Part shown: positions 29,208 through 39,618 of the stretch, one piece after another
Layout of the letters: each line of letters starts with the position of its first letter
Numbering within the stretch: position 1 is the stretch's first letter
NCBI GenBank assembly: GCA_034432055.1
Contig: DAOUCT010000003.1
Coordinates: forward strand, 75,949 to 139,948
From: Dehalococcoidia bacterium
GTDB lineage: Bacteria; Chloroflexota; Dehalococcoidia; GIF9; UBA5629
Reading direction: 5' to 3'
DNA length: 64,000 nucleotides
The notes under the pieces: model-generated
The model's database searches: none
Told to the model about the DNA's origin: nothing
What the model saw: only the letters and a program-made list of their open reading frames with translations
Program-made: the position numbers and the translations under genes

Positions 29208-30524
29208 ATGCGCGTATGTTTACTTAGTTACAGAAGTTATCCTTATTCCGGTGGTCAGGGTATATATGTCCGTTATCTGAGCCGCTCGCTACGGGACCTG
29301 GGGCACGAGGTGGACATAATCTCTGGTCCACCATATCCTGAGCTGGAGGAGGGAGTAAACCTGGTCAAATTGCCCAGCCTGGACCTCTACGCTCTACCTC
29401 AAAGCAAGCGCTTCTTCATCCATCCCGCAAAGTTGAATTCAATACCCAACCTTATTGAGTGGCTCGGTGTCTGCGCCGGCTTTTTCACCGAACCATCGAC
29501 CTTCGGTATGCGTGCTTACCAATTTCTGCGCCAGCAACAGCGCTATAAGAGATATGATGTAGTCCACGATAACCAGAGTCTTTCCTACAGTATTTTAAAG
29601 ATAAAGGCACTGGGTGTACCTGTTGTTGCAACTATCCACCATCCCATAGCCATTGACCGCGACCTTGCCTTACAAGCCGCCAGGTCACTGTGGCAAAAGA
29701 TGGGTATCAAGAGATGGTATGCTTTCACAAATATGCAGCTCGAGGTCGCCAGGCACCTTTCTCATTTCATAACCGGTTCGTACGATTCCTACCGTCAGGT
29801 CATTGAGATTTTTAAACTTCCGGAAAACAGCGTTCGGGTTATTTATGATGGCGTCGATACCTCTATCTTCACGCAGACATCAGGCACCAAACGATTGGAT
29901 AACCGTCTTCTCACAGTTAACAGCGGTGATACACCACTTAAAGGGCTGAAATATCTTCTCGAAGCTGTAGCCGTTATCAGAAAGCAGCGCCCGATTGAAT
30001 TGATAATAGTAGGGAAACCTATGAAAAATGGCTACACGGAGGGGCTTATCGAAAATCTGGGTATTGGTGATTGCGTGGGCTACACAGGCAAGATAGACAC
30101 ACAAGAACTGGTACGCCAATATTCGCTGGCTACCATGGTTGTGGTCCCATCGGTCTACGAAGGTTTTGGGCTGCCAGCAGCCGAAGCCATGGCATGCGGC
30201 ACGCCTGTAGTTTCGACTACAGCGGGAGCGCTACCCGAGATCGTGGGTGACGCCGGCATTCTGGTACCACCCGCCAGTACCGAAGCATTAGTTAAAGCTA
30301 TCACTGCGTTGCTGGATGCCCCGGACAGGCGTAAGCAACTTGGAGAGGCTGGAAGGCATCGTGTGCAGCAGATGTTCAACTGGCGCAATACTGCCAGGCA
30401 GACTGCCGAGCTCTATGCCGAAGCGATTGAACATTATCAGGGCTTAAAAGAACTGACCACGGTCTCGTTCACTGACAGCAGAGAGTTCAATAGACAAATA
30501 AGACCACTTTCAAAGGTAATATAG
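29208..30524 (+). CDS. Family 4 glycosyltransferase, paralog of 27607-28848
   Basis: About 55-60% identical by eye to the upstream GT4 over its full length (MRVCLLSYRSYPYSGGQGIY ... EGFGLPAAEAMACGTPVV). It has an extra ~25-aa C-terminal tail. Confidence 0.88.
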   Translation: MRVCLLSYRSYPYSGGQGIYVRYLSRSLRDLGHEVDIISGPPYPELEEGVNLVKLPSLDLYALPQSKRFFIHPAKLNSIPNLIEWLGVCAGFFTEPSTFGMRAYQFLRQQQRYKRYDVVHDNQSLSYSILKIKALGVPVVATIHHPIAIDRDLALQAARSLWQKMGIKRWYAFTNMQLEVARHLSHFITGSYDSYRQVIEIFKLPENSVRVIYDGVDTSIFTQTSGTKRLDNRLLTVNSGDTPLKGLKYLLEAVAVIRKQRPIELIIVGKPMKNGYTEGLIENLGIGDCVGYTGKIDTQELVRQYSLATMVVVPSVYEGFGLPAAEAMACGTPVVSTTAGALPEIVGDAGILVPPASTEALVKAITALLDAPDRRKQLGEAGRHRVQQMFNWRNTARQTAELYAEAIEHYQGLKELTTVSFTDSREFNRQIRPLSKVI

Positions 30525-30525
30525 G

Positions 30526-31560
30526 ATGGCAACACAATATTACGGGACTATAATACCGCGGGAACTCATCAAGCTTACTACAACCTTCATTGCAGAAAGT
30601 CAAGCAAGAGATGGCTCCATACCCTGGTCAGAAAATGGGGTTTTGGACCCCTGGACACATGTTGAAAACGCCATGGCTCTGGATATCGGTGGCTACCACG
30701 AAGAAGCTGGGAAGGCATATAGGTGGCTGGCGGAAACTCAGCTTGATGACGGTAGCTGGTATGCTTCATACCAGAATGGTCAGCCAAAGGATACTTCCAA
30801 GGTATCACATGTTATTTCCTACATCGCTGTGGGTGTCTGGCACCATTATTTGAGCACCCAAGACAAATCCTTTCTCCGAGAAATGTGGCACACCATCCGC
30901 TCCGCTATAGATTTCACCCTTGATATGGCAGGACCTAACGGTGAAATCTACTGGGCGAGGGATGCTAACGGCACCATTTATCCTAAAGCGTTAGTAACGG
31001 GTTGCAGCTCTATTTACCTCAGTCTGAAAAGCGCCTTGTGCATTGCCTCAGTGCTTGAGGAGGAAAACACTTCCTGGAAAAAGGCGCTTACGGAGCTGGC
31101 TAGCGCAATAAGACGGATGCCGTGTCCCATCGAGTCAATGTCTGACAACAGGTCGGTATTTGCCATGGATTGGTACTATCCAGCGATGTGCTGCGTGGTA
31201 AATGGCGATGATGCTAAGGAGAGGATTTTCAAAGGGTGGGACAGGTTTGTGGTAGAAGGGTTCGGTTCACTCTGTAGTCTGGAGCAAAACTGGGTCACTG
31301 TTGCCGAGACAAGTGAGCTAGCCTTGACTCTAGCAGTCCACGGGGAGTATCAACATGCTGCCACCGTCTTTAGCTGGCTCCAGCAGATGCGAGATAGCGA
31401 TGGTGCCTACTGGTATGGGGTCACCCTGCCACATGGAGAGGTCTGGCCCCAGGAAAAGCCCACCTGGACCTCTGCAGCAGTGGTATTGGCGGCTGACATG
31501 TTTCGCCACATGTCGCCGACCAGCCTACTCCTTGACCATCACCGTCCGCTGACGCTGTAA
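30526..31560 (+). CDS. Alpha/alpha-toroid protein with prenyltransferase/terpene-cyclase-type QW-like repeats
   Basis: Motifs ESQARDGSIPW, ETQLDDGSWY (QxxDGSW) and QQMRDSDGAYWY; 344 aa; no signal peptide. Confidence 0.5.
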   Translation: MATQYYGTIIPRELIKLTTTFIAESQARDGSIPWSENGVLDPWTHVENAMALDIGGYHEEAGKAYRWLAETQLDDGSWYASYQNGQPKDTSKVSHVISYIAVGVWHHYLSTQDKSFLREMWHTIRSAIDFTLDMAGPNGEIYWARDANGTIYPKALVTGCSSIYLSLKSALCIASVLEEENTSWKKALTELASAIRRMPCPIESMSDNRSVFAMDWYYPAMCCVVNGDDAKERIFKGWDRFVVEGFGSLCSLEQNWVTVAETSELALTLAVHGEYQHAATVFSWLQQMRDSDGAYWYGVTLPHGEVWPQEKPTWTSAAVVLAADMFRHMSPTSLLLDHHRPLTL

Positions 31561-32208
31561 TACCCCGAGCGTGTTCGTCATCGGTAACTCCGTAAACAGC
31601 CCTGAAGCCAGTGCCAGCTTATAGACCTCGTACGGAGCTTGTCCTCCTTTGGTCGGGTCTAAAAAAATATCGTGGAAAACGAGAAAGCCCCCGGGCAACA
31701 AGTGCCCGCTCCAGCACTGGTAATCAGTTAACACAGTCTCATAAGCATGTCCGCCATCTATAAACACCAGCCCCAATGGCGTAGCCCAGTCTTTTGCCAC
31801 AACATGTGACTTAGCTACTATCGCTACTACAACTTCTTCAAGCCCGGCACGCTCGATAGTAGTCCGGAAGTAGGGAAAGCTGTCTATCCTTCCTAGTTTC
31901 TCATCATACACTTCGGGGTCGAAATATAACTGCCCCGGCTGTTGCTCTTCTGAACCACGGTGATGGTCAATGCTGAACAGCGTTCTTTTCCGCAGCTTAC
32001 AAGCCGAGCCAAGGTATACCGTAGACTTGCCACAAAAACTACCTATCTCCAGACACGGTCCTAGCAGGCAACCTTGCAAGGCTAGCTCAAATAGTCTCTT
32101 GCCCTCCTCCGGAGCAAGGAAGCCTTTAACTTCTTGAACGAACGATGGGATCAGCCCTTTGAATTCCAATCTTCCAGCCCATAGTATAGCAAAATTACAG
32201 CAGTGCAA
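31525..32208 (-). CDS. Class I SAM-dependent methyltransferase (Methyltransf_24-like)
   Basis: CLEIGSFCGKSTVYLGSA (SAM motif I) and FIDGGHAYETV...GGFLVFHDI. The start codon is uncertain (TTG). The gene overlaps its convergent neighbour by 36 nt. Confidence 0.7.
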   Translation of the reverse strand: MHCCNFAILWAGRLEFKGLIPSFVQEVKGFLAPEEGKRLFELALQGCLLGPCLEIGSFCGKSTVYLGSACKLRKRTLFSIDHHRGSEEQQPGQLYFDPEVYDEKLGRIDSFPYFRTTIERAGLEEVVVAIVAKSHVVAKDWATPLGLVFIDGGHAYETVLTDYQCWSGHLLPGGFLVFHDIFLDPTKGGQAPYEVYKLALASGLFTELPMTNTLGVLQRQRTVMVKE

Positions 32209-32414
32209 GCCTCTCGCTATCTATATGCATATTCATTCAGCAGGCTTAGCACTGTCAACTTTGACAAAACAGCCGAAACTTATTAGACTCTAGTAACGTA
32301 AAAAATGGGTTCAAACGATTGCCCGTCAAGATGTCCGCGGCACAAGCCAAGAGAAACATTTGTTGACCCACCGCACAGCAGTAACTTGGATTCAGATAGA
32401 AAGGGTGATCCAGC

Positions 32415-34118
32415 ATGAGATACAAGTTTATAGTGACGTTCGTATTTGCTACTCTGCTATTGTTCATATTTCCCGGTTGCAAGGGTGAGCAATCGAAGTT
32501 GTCTGATAAGGAAATTGCCACCGTGACACGGGGTGACCTGGTCGTCACAGTGTCAGCAGATGGAACCCTGAAAATGCCGCGCGAAGTACAACTAAAATTC
32601 GGCACCCCGGGAACAGTCAAGGAAGTACGCGTAAAGAAGGGCGATAAGGTAAAAACAGGGACACTCCTTGCCAAACTGGATGACAGTACTCAGAAGCTGG
32701 CTGTGGAGGCGGCGCAGTACAAGGTGGAATTAGCGCTCAACGATCTGCTAGAAAAAGTCCACCCCGCAGTCATGGGGTATCCCAGAATGTACCCTGACCC
32801 TGTGACCGCTGTGCGTGCCGAACAAGCCGTGGAAGAACTGAAACAGGCGCAGGAATACCTCAGCCAAGGTGACCACTTAAGAGCGGCTTCACAACTTAGG
32901 CTTGCGATACATGACCTCCAGGCTGTAAATGACCTGCTTAAAGTCCCTCCTATTGAGGTCTCCCTGGAAAGTATTGACGAGTTCACTGGAGAGAAAATAG
33001 AGAATTATCCTGAAGTGTCACGTGCTATCAGGATGGTAGAACAAGGCTTACGAGAACTCGCCGAAATACAGGTGGAGCTAGAAAAAGATGACCTGAACAT
33101 AGCTAGACTCACGGCAGTCACACAACAAGTCTATCAAACGTATCAGCAGGTGAAAAACATTAGTGGCAGAGTCCGCATGTCACAGCGGATTGGTGAATGT
33201 TGCCAGCAGCTTACAGTGCAGGGCATGAGAACGGACAGCACGACAGGAGGAATGCCTGTCCCTTATCCCGATACTTCCACTGCACTTGCCTGGTTGGAAC
33301 AGGTAGAAAATTCATTGCAGAATATACAGGTGTGTCAGGAACAGAGCTGTGATGAATTGGAATTTGCCACCAAGCTGCGCATGGCACAACACGATATCGA
33401 GACCAGCCGCAAGATACTGGAAAATAACGAACTTGTCTTCCGTAGCGGTGTCAACCTCAAGACTTTAAGAGCTGCCAATCTTAACATACAGATTGCCGAG
33501 GCTGATTTGAAACGAGCTAAAGAGGAGTTAATGAGGACCGAGATACTGGCACCTTTCGATGGGACCGTGGTCGACGTCGGCGTTAAGGTCAACGACCAGC
33601 TCTCCTCGTTCGACTATTCATCTAAAACGGCTGTCTATCTTGTGGACACTTCCACTGTAGAGCTGGAGGCTACCGTGGATGAGGTGGACATCTATAAAGT
33701 GAAAGTGGGACAGGAAGCGATTGTGACTACGGATGCACTGCCTGAAGTAGAATTGAAGGGTAAAGTCACCTTTGTCTCGCCTGTCGGCACCAGCATTGCT
33801 GGTGTCGTCGAATTCCCCGTGACCATCGCCCTGGAACCGTCCGAAATCGAATTAAAAGGAGGGCTTACAGCCGGCGCTGACATCATAGTCAGGTCTTACC
33901 CCAATGTACTGCTGCTCCCTAATCGGGCGGTAAAAGGCAGTCCTGGCGATTATTACGTGGAAGTCGTTATCGATGAAGTGAAAGGATTGACCGAAAAGCG
34001 TCCGGTTCACATAGGTGCCCAGAATGACCGATTCACCGAGATAGTCTCTGGAGTGGAGGAAGGCGAAAAAGTTGTGATGGAGCCGGTAAAGATAAGGTCA
34101 CCGCTCTCTTTCCGCTAA
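32415..34118 (+). CDS. HlyD/MacA-type periplasmic adaptor lipoprotein with unusually long coiled-coil region
   Basis: Lipobox LFIFPGC|KG. Barrel-sandwich segments ([17 protein letters not shown] ... [16 protein letters not shown] ... [18 protein letters not shown]). About 280 aa of helical sequence lie between the lipoyl halves; 567 aa total. Confidence 0.8.
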   Translation: MRYKFIVTFVFATLLLFIFPGCKGEQSKLSDKEIATVTRGDLVVTVSADGTLKMPREVQLKFGTPGTVKEVRVKKGDKVKTGTLLAKLDDSTQKLAVEAAQYKVELALNDLLEKVHPAVMGYPRMYPDPVTAVRAEQAVEELKQAQEYLSQGDHLRAASQLRLAIHDLQAVNDLLKVPPIEVSLESIDEFTGEKIENYPEVSRAIRMVEQGLRELAEIQVELEKDDLNIARLTAVTQQVYQTYQQVKNISGRVRMSQRIGECCQQLTVQGMRTDSTTGGMPVPYPDTSTALAWLEQVENSLQNIQVCQEQSCDELEFATKLRMAQHDIETSRKILENNELVFRSGVNLKTLRAANLNIQIAEADLKRAKEELMRTEILAPFDGTVVDVGVKVNDQLSSFDYSSKTAVYLVDTSTVELEATVDEVDIYKVKVGQEAIVTTDALPEVELKGKVTFVSPVGTSIAGVVEFPVTIALEPSEIELKGGLTAGADIIVRSYPNVLLLPNRAVKGSPGDYYVEVVIDEVKGLTEKRPVHIGAQNDRFTEIVSGVEEGEKVVMEPVKIRSPLSFR

Positions 34119-34150
34119 CAGCCCGTCTTGTAGCAATATCATTCAACACC

Positions 34151-34825
34151 ATGATCAAACTGGACAACATAGTCAAAATCTACAGGCTGGGGAGCGTTCA
34201 GGTCAAAGCACTCGATGGCATCACCTGCACCATCGAGCCGGGCGAGATGGTCTCAATAATGGGTCCATCAGGTTCAGGTAAGTCTACTCTAATGAACCTT
34301 ATCGGCTGTCTCGATAGACCAACCTCGGGTAAATATGAGCTGGATGGCATAGATGTAAGTCGTCTCAAGGACGACCAGCTTGCTGCCATACGGAATAAGA
34401 AGATAGGCTTTGTCTTCCAGTCATTCAATCTGCTACCTCGCGCCACCGCTCTAGCCAATGTGGAGCTGCCGCTGGTGTATGACAGGGGCGGCAACCGTAA
34501 CCGGCGCCAGCGTGCTCTGGAGGCACTGGAAGCAGTGGGGCTGGCGAACCGTGCCCATCATCATCCCACAGAGATGTCTGGTGGGGAACAACAGCGCGTA
34601 GCCATAGCCAGAGCACTGGTGAACAATCCAGCTATCATCCTTGCTGACGAGCCTACAGGCAACCTTGATACTCAGACAAGTCATAGCATTATGCTACTTC
34701 TCCAGCAATTGAACAAACAGGGCATCACCATTGTCCTGGTCACCCACGAAGAAGACATCGCTAGATATACACAGCGTACGATCTACTTAAGGGATGGTAA
34801 AATAGTGGGAGAGAAAAGAAGATGA
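34151..34825 (+). CDS. ABC transporter ATP-binding protein (MacB/LolD type)
   Basis: Walker [10 protein letters not shown]; signature MSGGEQQR; Walker [12 protein letters not shown]. Confidence 0.92.
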   Translation: MIKLDNIVKIYRLGSVQVKALDGITCTIEPGEMVSIMGPSGSGKSTLMNLIGCLDRPTSGKYELDGIDVSRLKDDQLAAIRNKKIGFVFQSFNLLPRATALANVELPLVYDRGGNRNRRQRALEALEAVGLANRAHHHPTEMSGGEQQRVAIARALVNNPAIILADEPTGNLDTQTSHSIMLLLQQLNKQGITIVLVTHEEDIARYTQRTIYLRDGKIVGEKRR

Positions 34826-36054
34826 ACCTCTGGGAAAGCATATTCACTTCGTGGCGTTCGCTGTATAGCAACAAAATGCGTTCCGCACTTACTATTCTAG
34901 GCATCGTTATCGGTGTGAGTGCCGTTGTATTCCTGGTCTCGTTTGGCAGAGGTCATGAAGCCAATGTCACCGCCGTATTCGAGAGTATGGGCGCTAACGC
35001 TATTTACATTACCGGTGCTACAGGCATGACGCAAGCAATGGCTGGCGGGGCAAGCCTGACGCTTGAGGATGCTATCGCTATAGCCAACCCGGCACGAGCC
35101 CCTTCGGTAGCTCTGGTAGCACCGATAATAGAAAAAATGACCAAGGTGGTCTATGGCAACAAAGACAAAACGATAGACGTGATGGGTACCACCCCGGAAA
35201 TTGCCGAGGTGATCAGCTACCCTGTAGCTCGGGGTGAATTTATCACCGCCGAGCACACCAAGAGCGCAGATACAGTGGCAGTGCTTGGTGATAAAGCGGC
35301 GTCAGACCTGTTCGGTAGCGAAGACCCGCTGGGCAAGACTATCCGCATCAGCGGCACCAGGTATAGAGTCATTGGCGTGCTGGAAAAGAAAGGGGGCTTT
35401 TTTGCCACAGCCGACAACTTCATCATAATACCACTAACTACGATGCAAGCAAGGTTGCTGGGAGAGACCAGTCCCCGCGGTCGACCGGTGCAGACCATAG
35501 CTATCAAAGCTGTGAGCACCGACCAGATACCCGCTGCCAGAGAACAGGTAACCGCTATCCTGAGGCAGCGGCACCATATCGCCCCCGATGAGGACGATGA
35601 TTTTGTGGTTATCGATATGCAAGAAATTCTGAAGAGTATGCATCAGGTATTGGGCATCTTTCAGGTCTTTCTCGGCAGCGTGGGGGCGATCTCGCTAATA
35701 GTCGGCGGCATTGGTATCATGAACATAATGCTGGTCTCAGTCACCGAACGCACCCGCGAAATAGGCATCAGAAAAGCAGTGGGTGCCAGAAGGTCTGACA
35801 TCCTGCGCCAATTCTTGGTCGAGTCGGCTATGCTTAGCCTGTCTGGAGGGATAATAGGACTGCTGATAGCTGCCACAGGAGCTTTTCTTATCACCGGTGT
35901 CCAGCTCGGTCCCTACCCGGTCAAAGCGCCTATGTCTCCTGATATTGCTATTATTGCTCTTTCTGTAGCGGTCTTTGTGGGGCTTGCCTCCGGGATCTAC
36001 CCGGCATACCGTGCCGCGCGCCTTGATCCGATTGAATCGCTCAGGCACGAATAG
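34822..36054 (+). CDS. ABC transporter permease (FtsX/MacB-type, 4 TM with large extracytoplasmic domain)
   Basis: N-terminal TM helix, ~230-aa extracytoplasmic domain, and FtsX motif ...[16 protein letters not shown]; 410 aa; overlaps the ATPase stop. Confidence 0.88.
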   Translation: MNLWESIFTSWRSLYSNKMRSALTILGIVIGVSAVVFLVSFGRGHEANVTAVFESMGANAIYITGATGMTQAMAGGASLTLEDAIAIANPARAPSVALVAPIIEKMTKVVYGNKDKTIDVMGTTPEIAEVISYPVARGEFITAEHTKSADTVAVLGDKAASDLFGSEDPLGKTIRISGTRYRVIGVLEKKGGFFATADNFIIIPLTTMQARLLGETSPRGRPVQTIAIKAVSTDQIPAAREQVTAILRQRHHIAPDEDDDFVVIDMQEILKSMHQVLGIFQVFLGSVGAISLIVGGIGIMNIMLVSVTERTREIGIRKAVGARRSDILRQFLVESAMLSLSGGIIGLLIAATGAFLITGVQLGPYPVKAPMSPDIAIIALSVAVFVGLASGIYPAYRAARLDPIESLRHE

Positions 36055-36059
36055 TCAGG

Positions 36060-36626
36060 CTATTTGCCCAGCACCAGGGAGAGAAATTCAGCCCTGGTCG
36101 CTGCACGACTGCGGAAAATTCCCCTGGTGGCAGAGGTGACGACATTACTTCCCGGCTTCTTGATGCCGCGCATGGTCATGCAAAGATGTTCTGCCTGGAT
36201 TACTACTGCCACCCCATCCGGTTGCAATGCCTCCAGGATGGCATCTGCTATTTGAGAGGTCATTCTTTCCTGCAATTGTGGACGTTTGGCAAATATTTCG
36301 ACTACTCTTGCCAGCTTGCTTATACCGACTACCCTGCCTGCCTCGTTGGGTATATACCCTACATGGGCTACGCCATAAAATGGCAACAGATGGTGCTCAC
36401 ACATAGAATAGAAGGGAATGTCCCTGAGTATCACCATCTCCCTGTGCCCTTCTTCGAAACCCACAGATAGTTCTGCTTTGGCATCCATATATAGCCCGGA
36501 AAAAAGTTCCGCATACATTTCGGCAATCCGTTGTGGTGTACCCTGCAACCCCTCCCGAGTTAAGTCTTCACCTATTGCCTCTAGAATGGACCGTGCAGCA
36601 GCCTCGATTTTGGCTTGATCAATCAC
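36060..36626 (-). CDS. folE: GTP cyclohydrolase I
   Basis: [11 protein letters not shown] and QERMTSQIA motifs; 188 aa. Confidence 0.92.
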   Translation of the reverse strand: MIDQAKIEAAARSILEAIGEDLTREGLQGTPQRIAEMYAELFSGLYMDAKAELSVGFEEGHREMVILRDIPFYSMCEHHLLPFYGVAHVGYIPNEAGRVVGISKLARVVEIFAKRPQLQERMTSQIADAILEALQPDGVAVVIQAEHLCMTMRGIKKPGSNVVTSATRGIFRSRAATRAEFLSLVLGK

Positions 36627-36650
36627 AGTGTTCCTCCCTATAACATATGA

Positions 36651-37229
36651 CTAACGTTTGGCATAAAACTCCCTGTCAAGCAGTCTTACCAGGCTTTTGT
36701 CTATGGTGGTATAAAGCTCAGCACCCAGATAAAGGATTGGACTGACCCTGTCCAGGTCTAAAGTCCCTTTCGATGTTAGTGCCTCCTTAGCGAAATGCAC
36801 AGCTACGATTTCGCCCACTACCCAGACATGGTCGCCATATGTCTTGTTGTCAACCAGCCGGCACTCGTACGCAGCATAGGCATCCTTCAGTATGGGCGCA
36901 TTGGTCTTCAATGGCTTCTCTTCTGCGATGCTGAATTTCTGGAACTTGTCCACCCCCTTACCACCGCTGCCACCAACCGAAGCCACCAGTTCAGCACACT
37001 GGAAGGGCAAGAAGTTTACGCCGAACTCTTTGCTTTCTAAAAGAAGTTGATAAGTGTACCTCTTGGGAGCGATCGAGACTCCATAAAGCGGTGGCTTGAA
37101 CGAAATTGAGCTATGCCAGGCAACCGCCATAGCGTTCTTGCGCTCGCCAGCGCGTACGGTGAGTATTGTAGCTACCTTGGGGTAATGCTGGTAAAATTCG
37201 CCAATATCCTCTGCTACCCTTTTCGTCAT
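36651..37229 (-). CDS. Flavin reductase-like (FMN-binding split-barrel) protein
   Basis: The pattern NAMAVAWHSSISFKPPLYGVSI is typical of the flavin reductase domain; 192 aa. Confidence 0.7.
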   Translation of the reverse strand: MTKRVAEDIGEFYQHYPKVATILTVRAGERKNAMAVAWHSSISFKPPLYGVSIAPKRYTYQLLLESKEFGVNFLPFQCAELVASVGGSGGKGVDKFQKFSIAEEKPLKTNAPILKDAYAAYECRLVDNKTYGDHVWVVGEIVAVHFAKEALTSKGTLDLDRVSPILYLGAELYTTIDKSLVRLLDREFYAKR

Positions 37230-37249
37230 GTCACTCCTTTCACCACGGA

Positions 37250-38302
37250 CTATCGCCAGCCCAATACCTGCTCCACGGACTCAACATCTGGTGGCACTTC
37301 GGGGAAAGCCTCAGTGAACCGCCTAGGAAGGCTGGGGTCTTTGAGACCACTTCCTGTGATGACACAGACTGCCCTCTTTCCTCGCAAGTCCAGCCCTTGC
37401 TTTGCCATCTTTATCAGCCCTGCCACCGAGGCTGCAGAGGCAGGTTCACCGAAAATACCCTCCTTCCTTGCCAGAAGTTTATAGGCAGCTACGATCTCAT
37501 CATCGCTGACGCAGTCGATAGCACCACCTGACTGGTCGCGCGCATTTACTGCCCCCTGCCAGCTAGCTGGATTGCCAATGCGTATTGCCGTAGCCAGAGT
37601 GCGCGGTTTCTCAATGATTTTACCCCGGACAATTGGCGCCGCCCCTGCAGCCTGGAAGCCCATCATCTTTGGCGTCTGGCTTGCTTTACCTGCTTTTTTA
37701 TACTCGACAAAACCCTTCCAATAAGCTGTGATGTTACCGGCGTTGCCCACAGGGATAAACAAATAGTCAGGTGCATCACCCAGTTCGTCTATAATTTCAA
37801 AAGCGGCAGTCTTCTGACCCTCAAGACGGTACGGGTTAACCGAGTTGACCAGCGTCAATGGGTGCTTTTTCACCAGGCTTCGTACTATTTGCAAAGCCTG
37901 GTCGAAATTGCCCTGTACGGCAACGATCTTTGCCCCGTGAACGATAGCTTGGGCAAGTTTACCTACTGCTATCTTTCCTTTGGGTATCACTACCACCACC
38001 CCCAGCCCAAAACGTGCACCAAATGCCGCTGCCGATGCGCTGGTATTGCCTGTAGAAGCACAAATAATGCTTTTGCTCCCCTCTTCAACAGCCTTGGCTA
38101 CAGCCACCACCATGCCGCGGTCTTTGAAAGAACCGGTGGGATTACATCCCTCCAGCTTAAAATAAAGCTCGCCGCAACCTAATTCCTTCTCCAGGAACAC
38201 CGACCTTACCAGCGGGGTATCCCCCTCCCCAAGTGTGATCATTGGTGTTGCCGGCGTTAGCGGCAAAAAATCACGGTAGCGGAATAGAACACCGTGCCCC
38301 AT
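37250..38302 (-). CDS. thrC: Threonine synthase
   Basis: PLP-lysine motif NPTGSFKDRG and GNAGN loop; 350 aa; adjacent to hom. Confidence 0.9.
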   Translation of the reverse strand: MGHGVLFRYRDFLPLTPATPMITLGEGDTPLVRSVFLEKELGCGELYFKLEGCNPTGSFKDRGMVVAVAKAVEEGSKSIICASTGNTSASAAAFGARFGLGVVVVIPKGKIAVGKLAQAIVHGAKIVAVQGNFDQALQIVRSLVKKHPLTLVNSVNPYRLEGQKTAAFEIIDELGDAPDYLFIPVGNAGNITAYWKGFVEYKKAGKASQTPKMMGFQAAGAAPIVRGKIIEKPRTLATAIRIGNPASWQGAVNARDQSGGAIDCVSDDEIVAAYKLLARKEGIFGEPASAASVAGLIKMAKQGLDLRGKRAVCVITGSGLKDPSLPRRFTEAFPEVPPDVESVEQVLGWR

Positions 38303-38306
38303 TTTC

Positions 38307-39605
38307 TCAAGCCTCCACTCTGACGAAATTGCTTATCTCTTTGACCACAGGTAACCTCTCAGTCTCCCTGAGGGCAAGTTGCACTGCCTCCTCCTTAGCT
38401 GGATGGGTCATAATCACGATCTCCGCGGTCTGAGTTGTTGGGTCGCTCTCTTTCTGGATAACTGCTGAAATGCTGATATTATGGTCGCCCAATACTTTGG
38501 AAATCTGGGCTAAGACCCCAGCCCTATCAGCTACACTCATGCGCATATAGTACCTGGTCTCTATCTCAGACATAGGTCTCACTCTAAGACCGTTCTTCTG
38601 TAGTAACTTTACCTGACTGACAACCCCACGGTTAATGTCCTGGGCTATCCTAATCACGTCCGAAACGACCGCGCTTGAGGTAGCGGATGGTCCCGCACCC
38701 TGTCCGTAGAATATGACATTGCCCACAAGGTCACCCTCAACATTTATGGCATTGTAAACACCGTCAACCTTAGCCAGCAAGGACTCCTCGGGGATAAATA
38801 CAGGATGTACCCTTGCCTCTACGCATTCACCAGTCTGTTTGGCAATTGCCAGTAGCTTAATGGCATAACCCAGTTCGTGGGCATAACGAAAGTCCCGCGC
38901 CTTAAGCCGCGAAATACCCTCGTGATATACATCGTCTGGTTTTATCTCGGTGCCAAATGCGATGGTGGAAAGGATAGCCAGTTTATAAGCAGCATCAATG
39001 CCCTCGATATCTTTAGAGGGGTCTGCTTCAGCATAGCCCAGCTCCTGTGCCTTTTTCAGGGCTACGGAGAAGTCAAGCCCTTCCTTCGCCATCCGCGTTA
39101 GAATATAGTTGGTGGTCCCATTGAGAATAGCATGAATCGCTTTAATCTCGTTAGCTATCAAGTCTTCCTGAAACGGGGCAATGAGTGGTATCCCACCACC
39201 AACACTGGCTTCGTAACGCAACATCGCCTCATGTTTCCTAGCCGCTGTCTGCAACTCCGTCCAGTGTTTGGACATGACCTCCTTGTTAGCTGTGACCACA
39301 TGCTTACCGCGCTTTAAACAGTCCCGTATGTACTCGAAAGCAGGGTGTTCACCGCCGATAAGCTCGATGACAATATCGATCTCAGCATCCTTGACTATGT
39401 CATCGAAATTGGTAGTAAAAAGGGAACGCTCAAGCCCTAAAGCGCCATGCTTGCTCAGGTCGCGCTCCAGTATTTTCTTCAGCACCAGTCGGCTGCCAGC
39501 TTCCTGTGCCAGGAGGTCAGATTTCTGGAGTAGCACTTTTGTTACACCGCTACCTATCACCCCTAGACCCATAAGACCTATCCCTATGCTCTCTTTGTTC
39601 GCCAT
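38307..39605 (-). CDS. hom: Homoserine dehydrogenase with C-terminal ACT domain
   Basis: GLMGLGVIGSG NAD motif, catalytic core (NGTTNYILT) and a C-terminal ACT-like segment; 432 aa. Confidence 0.9.
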   Translation of the reverse strand: MANKESIGIGLMGLGVIGSGVTKVLLQKSDLLAQEAGSRLVLKKILERDLSKHGALGLERSLFTTNFDDIVKDAEIDIVIELIGGEHPAFEYIRDCLKRGKHVVTANKEVMSKHWTELQTAARKHEAMLRYEASVGGGIPLIAPFQEDLIANEIKAIHAILNGTTNYILTRMAKEGLDFSVALKKAQELGYAEADPSKDIEGIDAAYKLAILSTIAFGTEIKPDDVYHEGISRLKARDFRYAHELGYAIKLLAIAKQTGECVEARVHPVFIPEESLLAKVDGVYNAINVEGDLVGNVIFYGQGAGPSATSSAVVSDVIRIAQDINRGVVSQVKLLQKNGLRVRPMSEIETRYYMRMSVADRAGVLAQISKVLGDHNISISAVIQKESDPTTQTAEIVIMTHPAKEEAVQLALRETERLPVVKEISNFVRVEA

Positions 39606-39618
39606 CTCATCACTCCCT

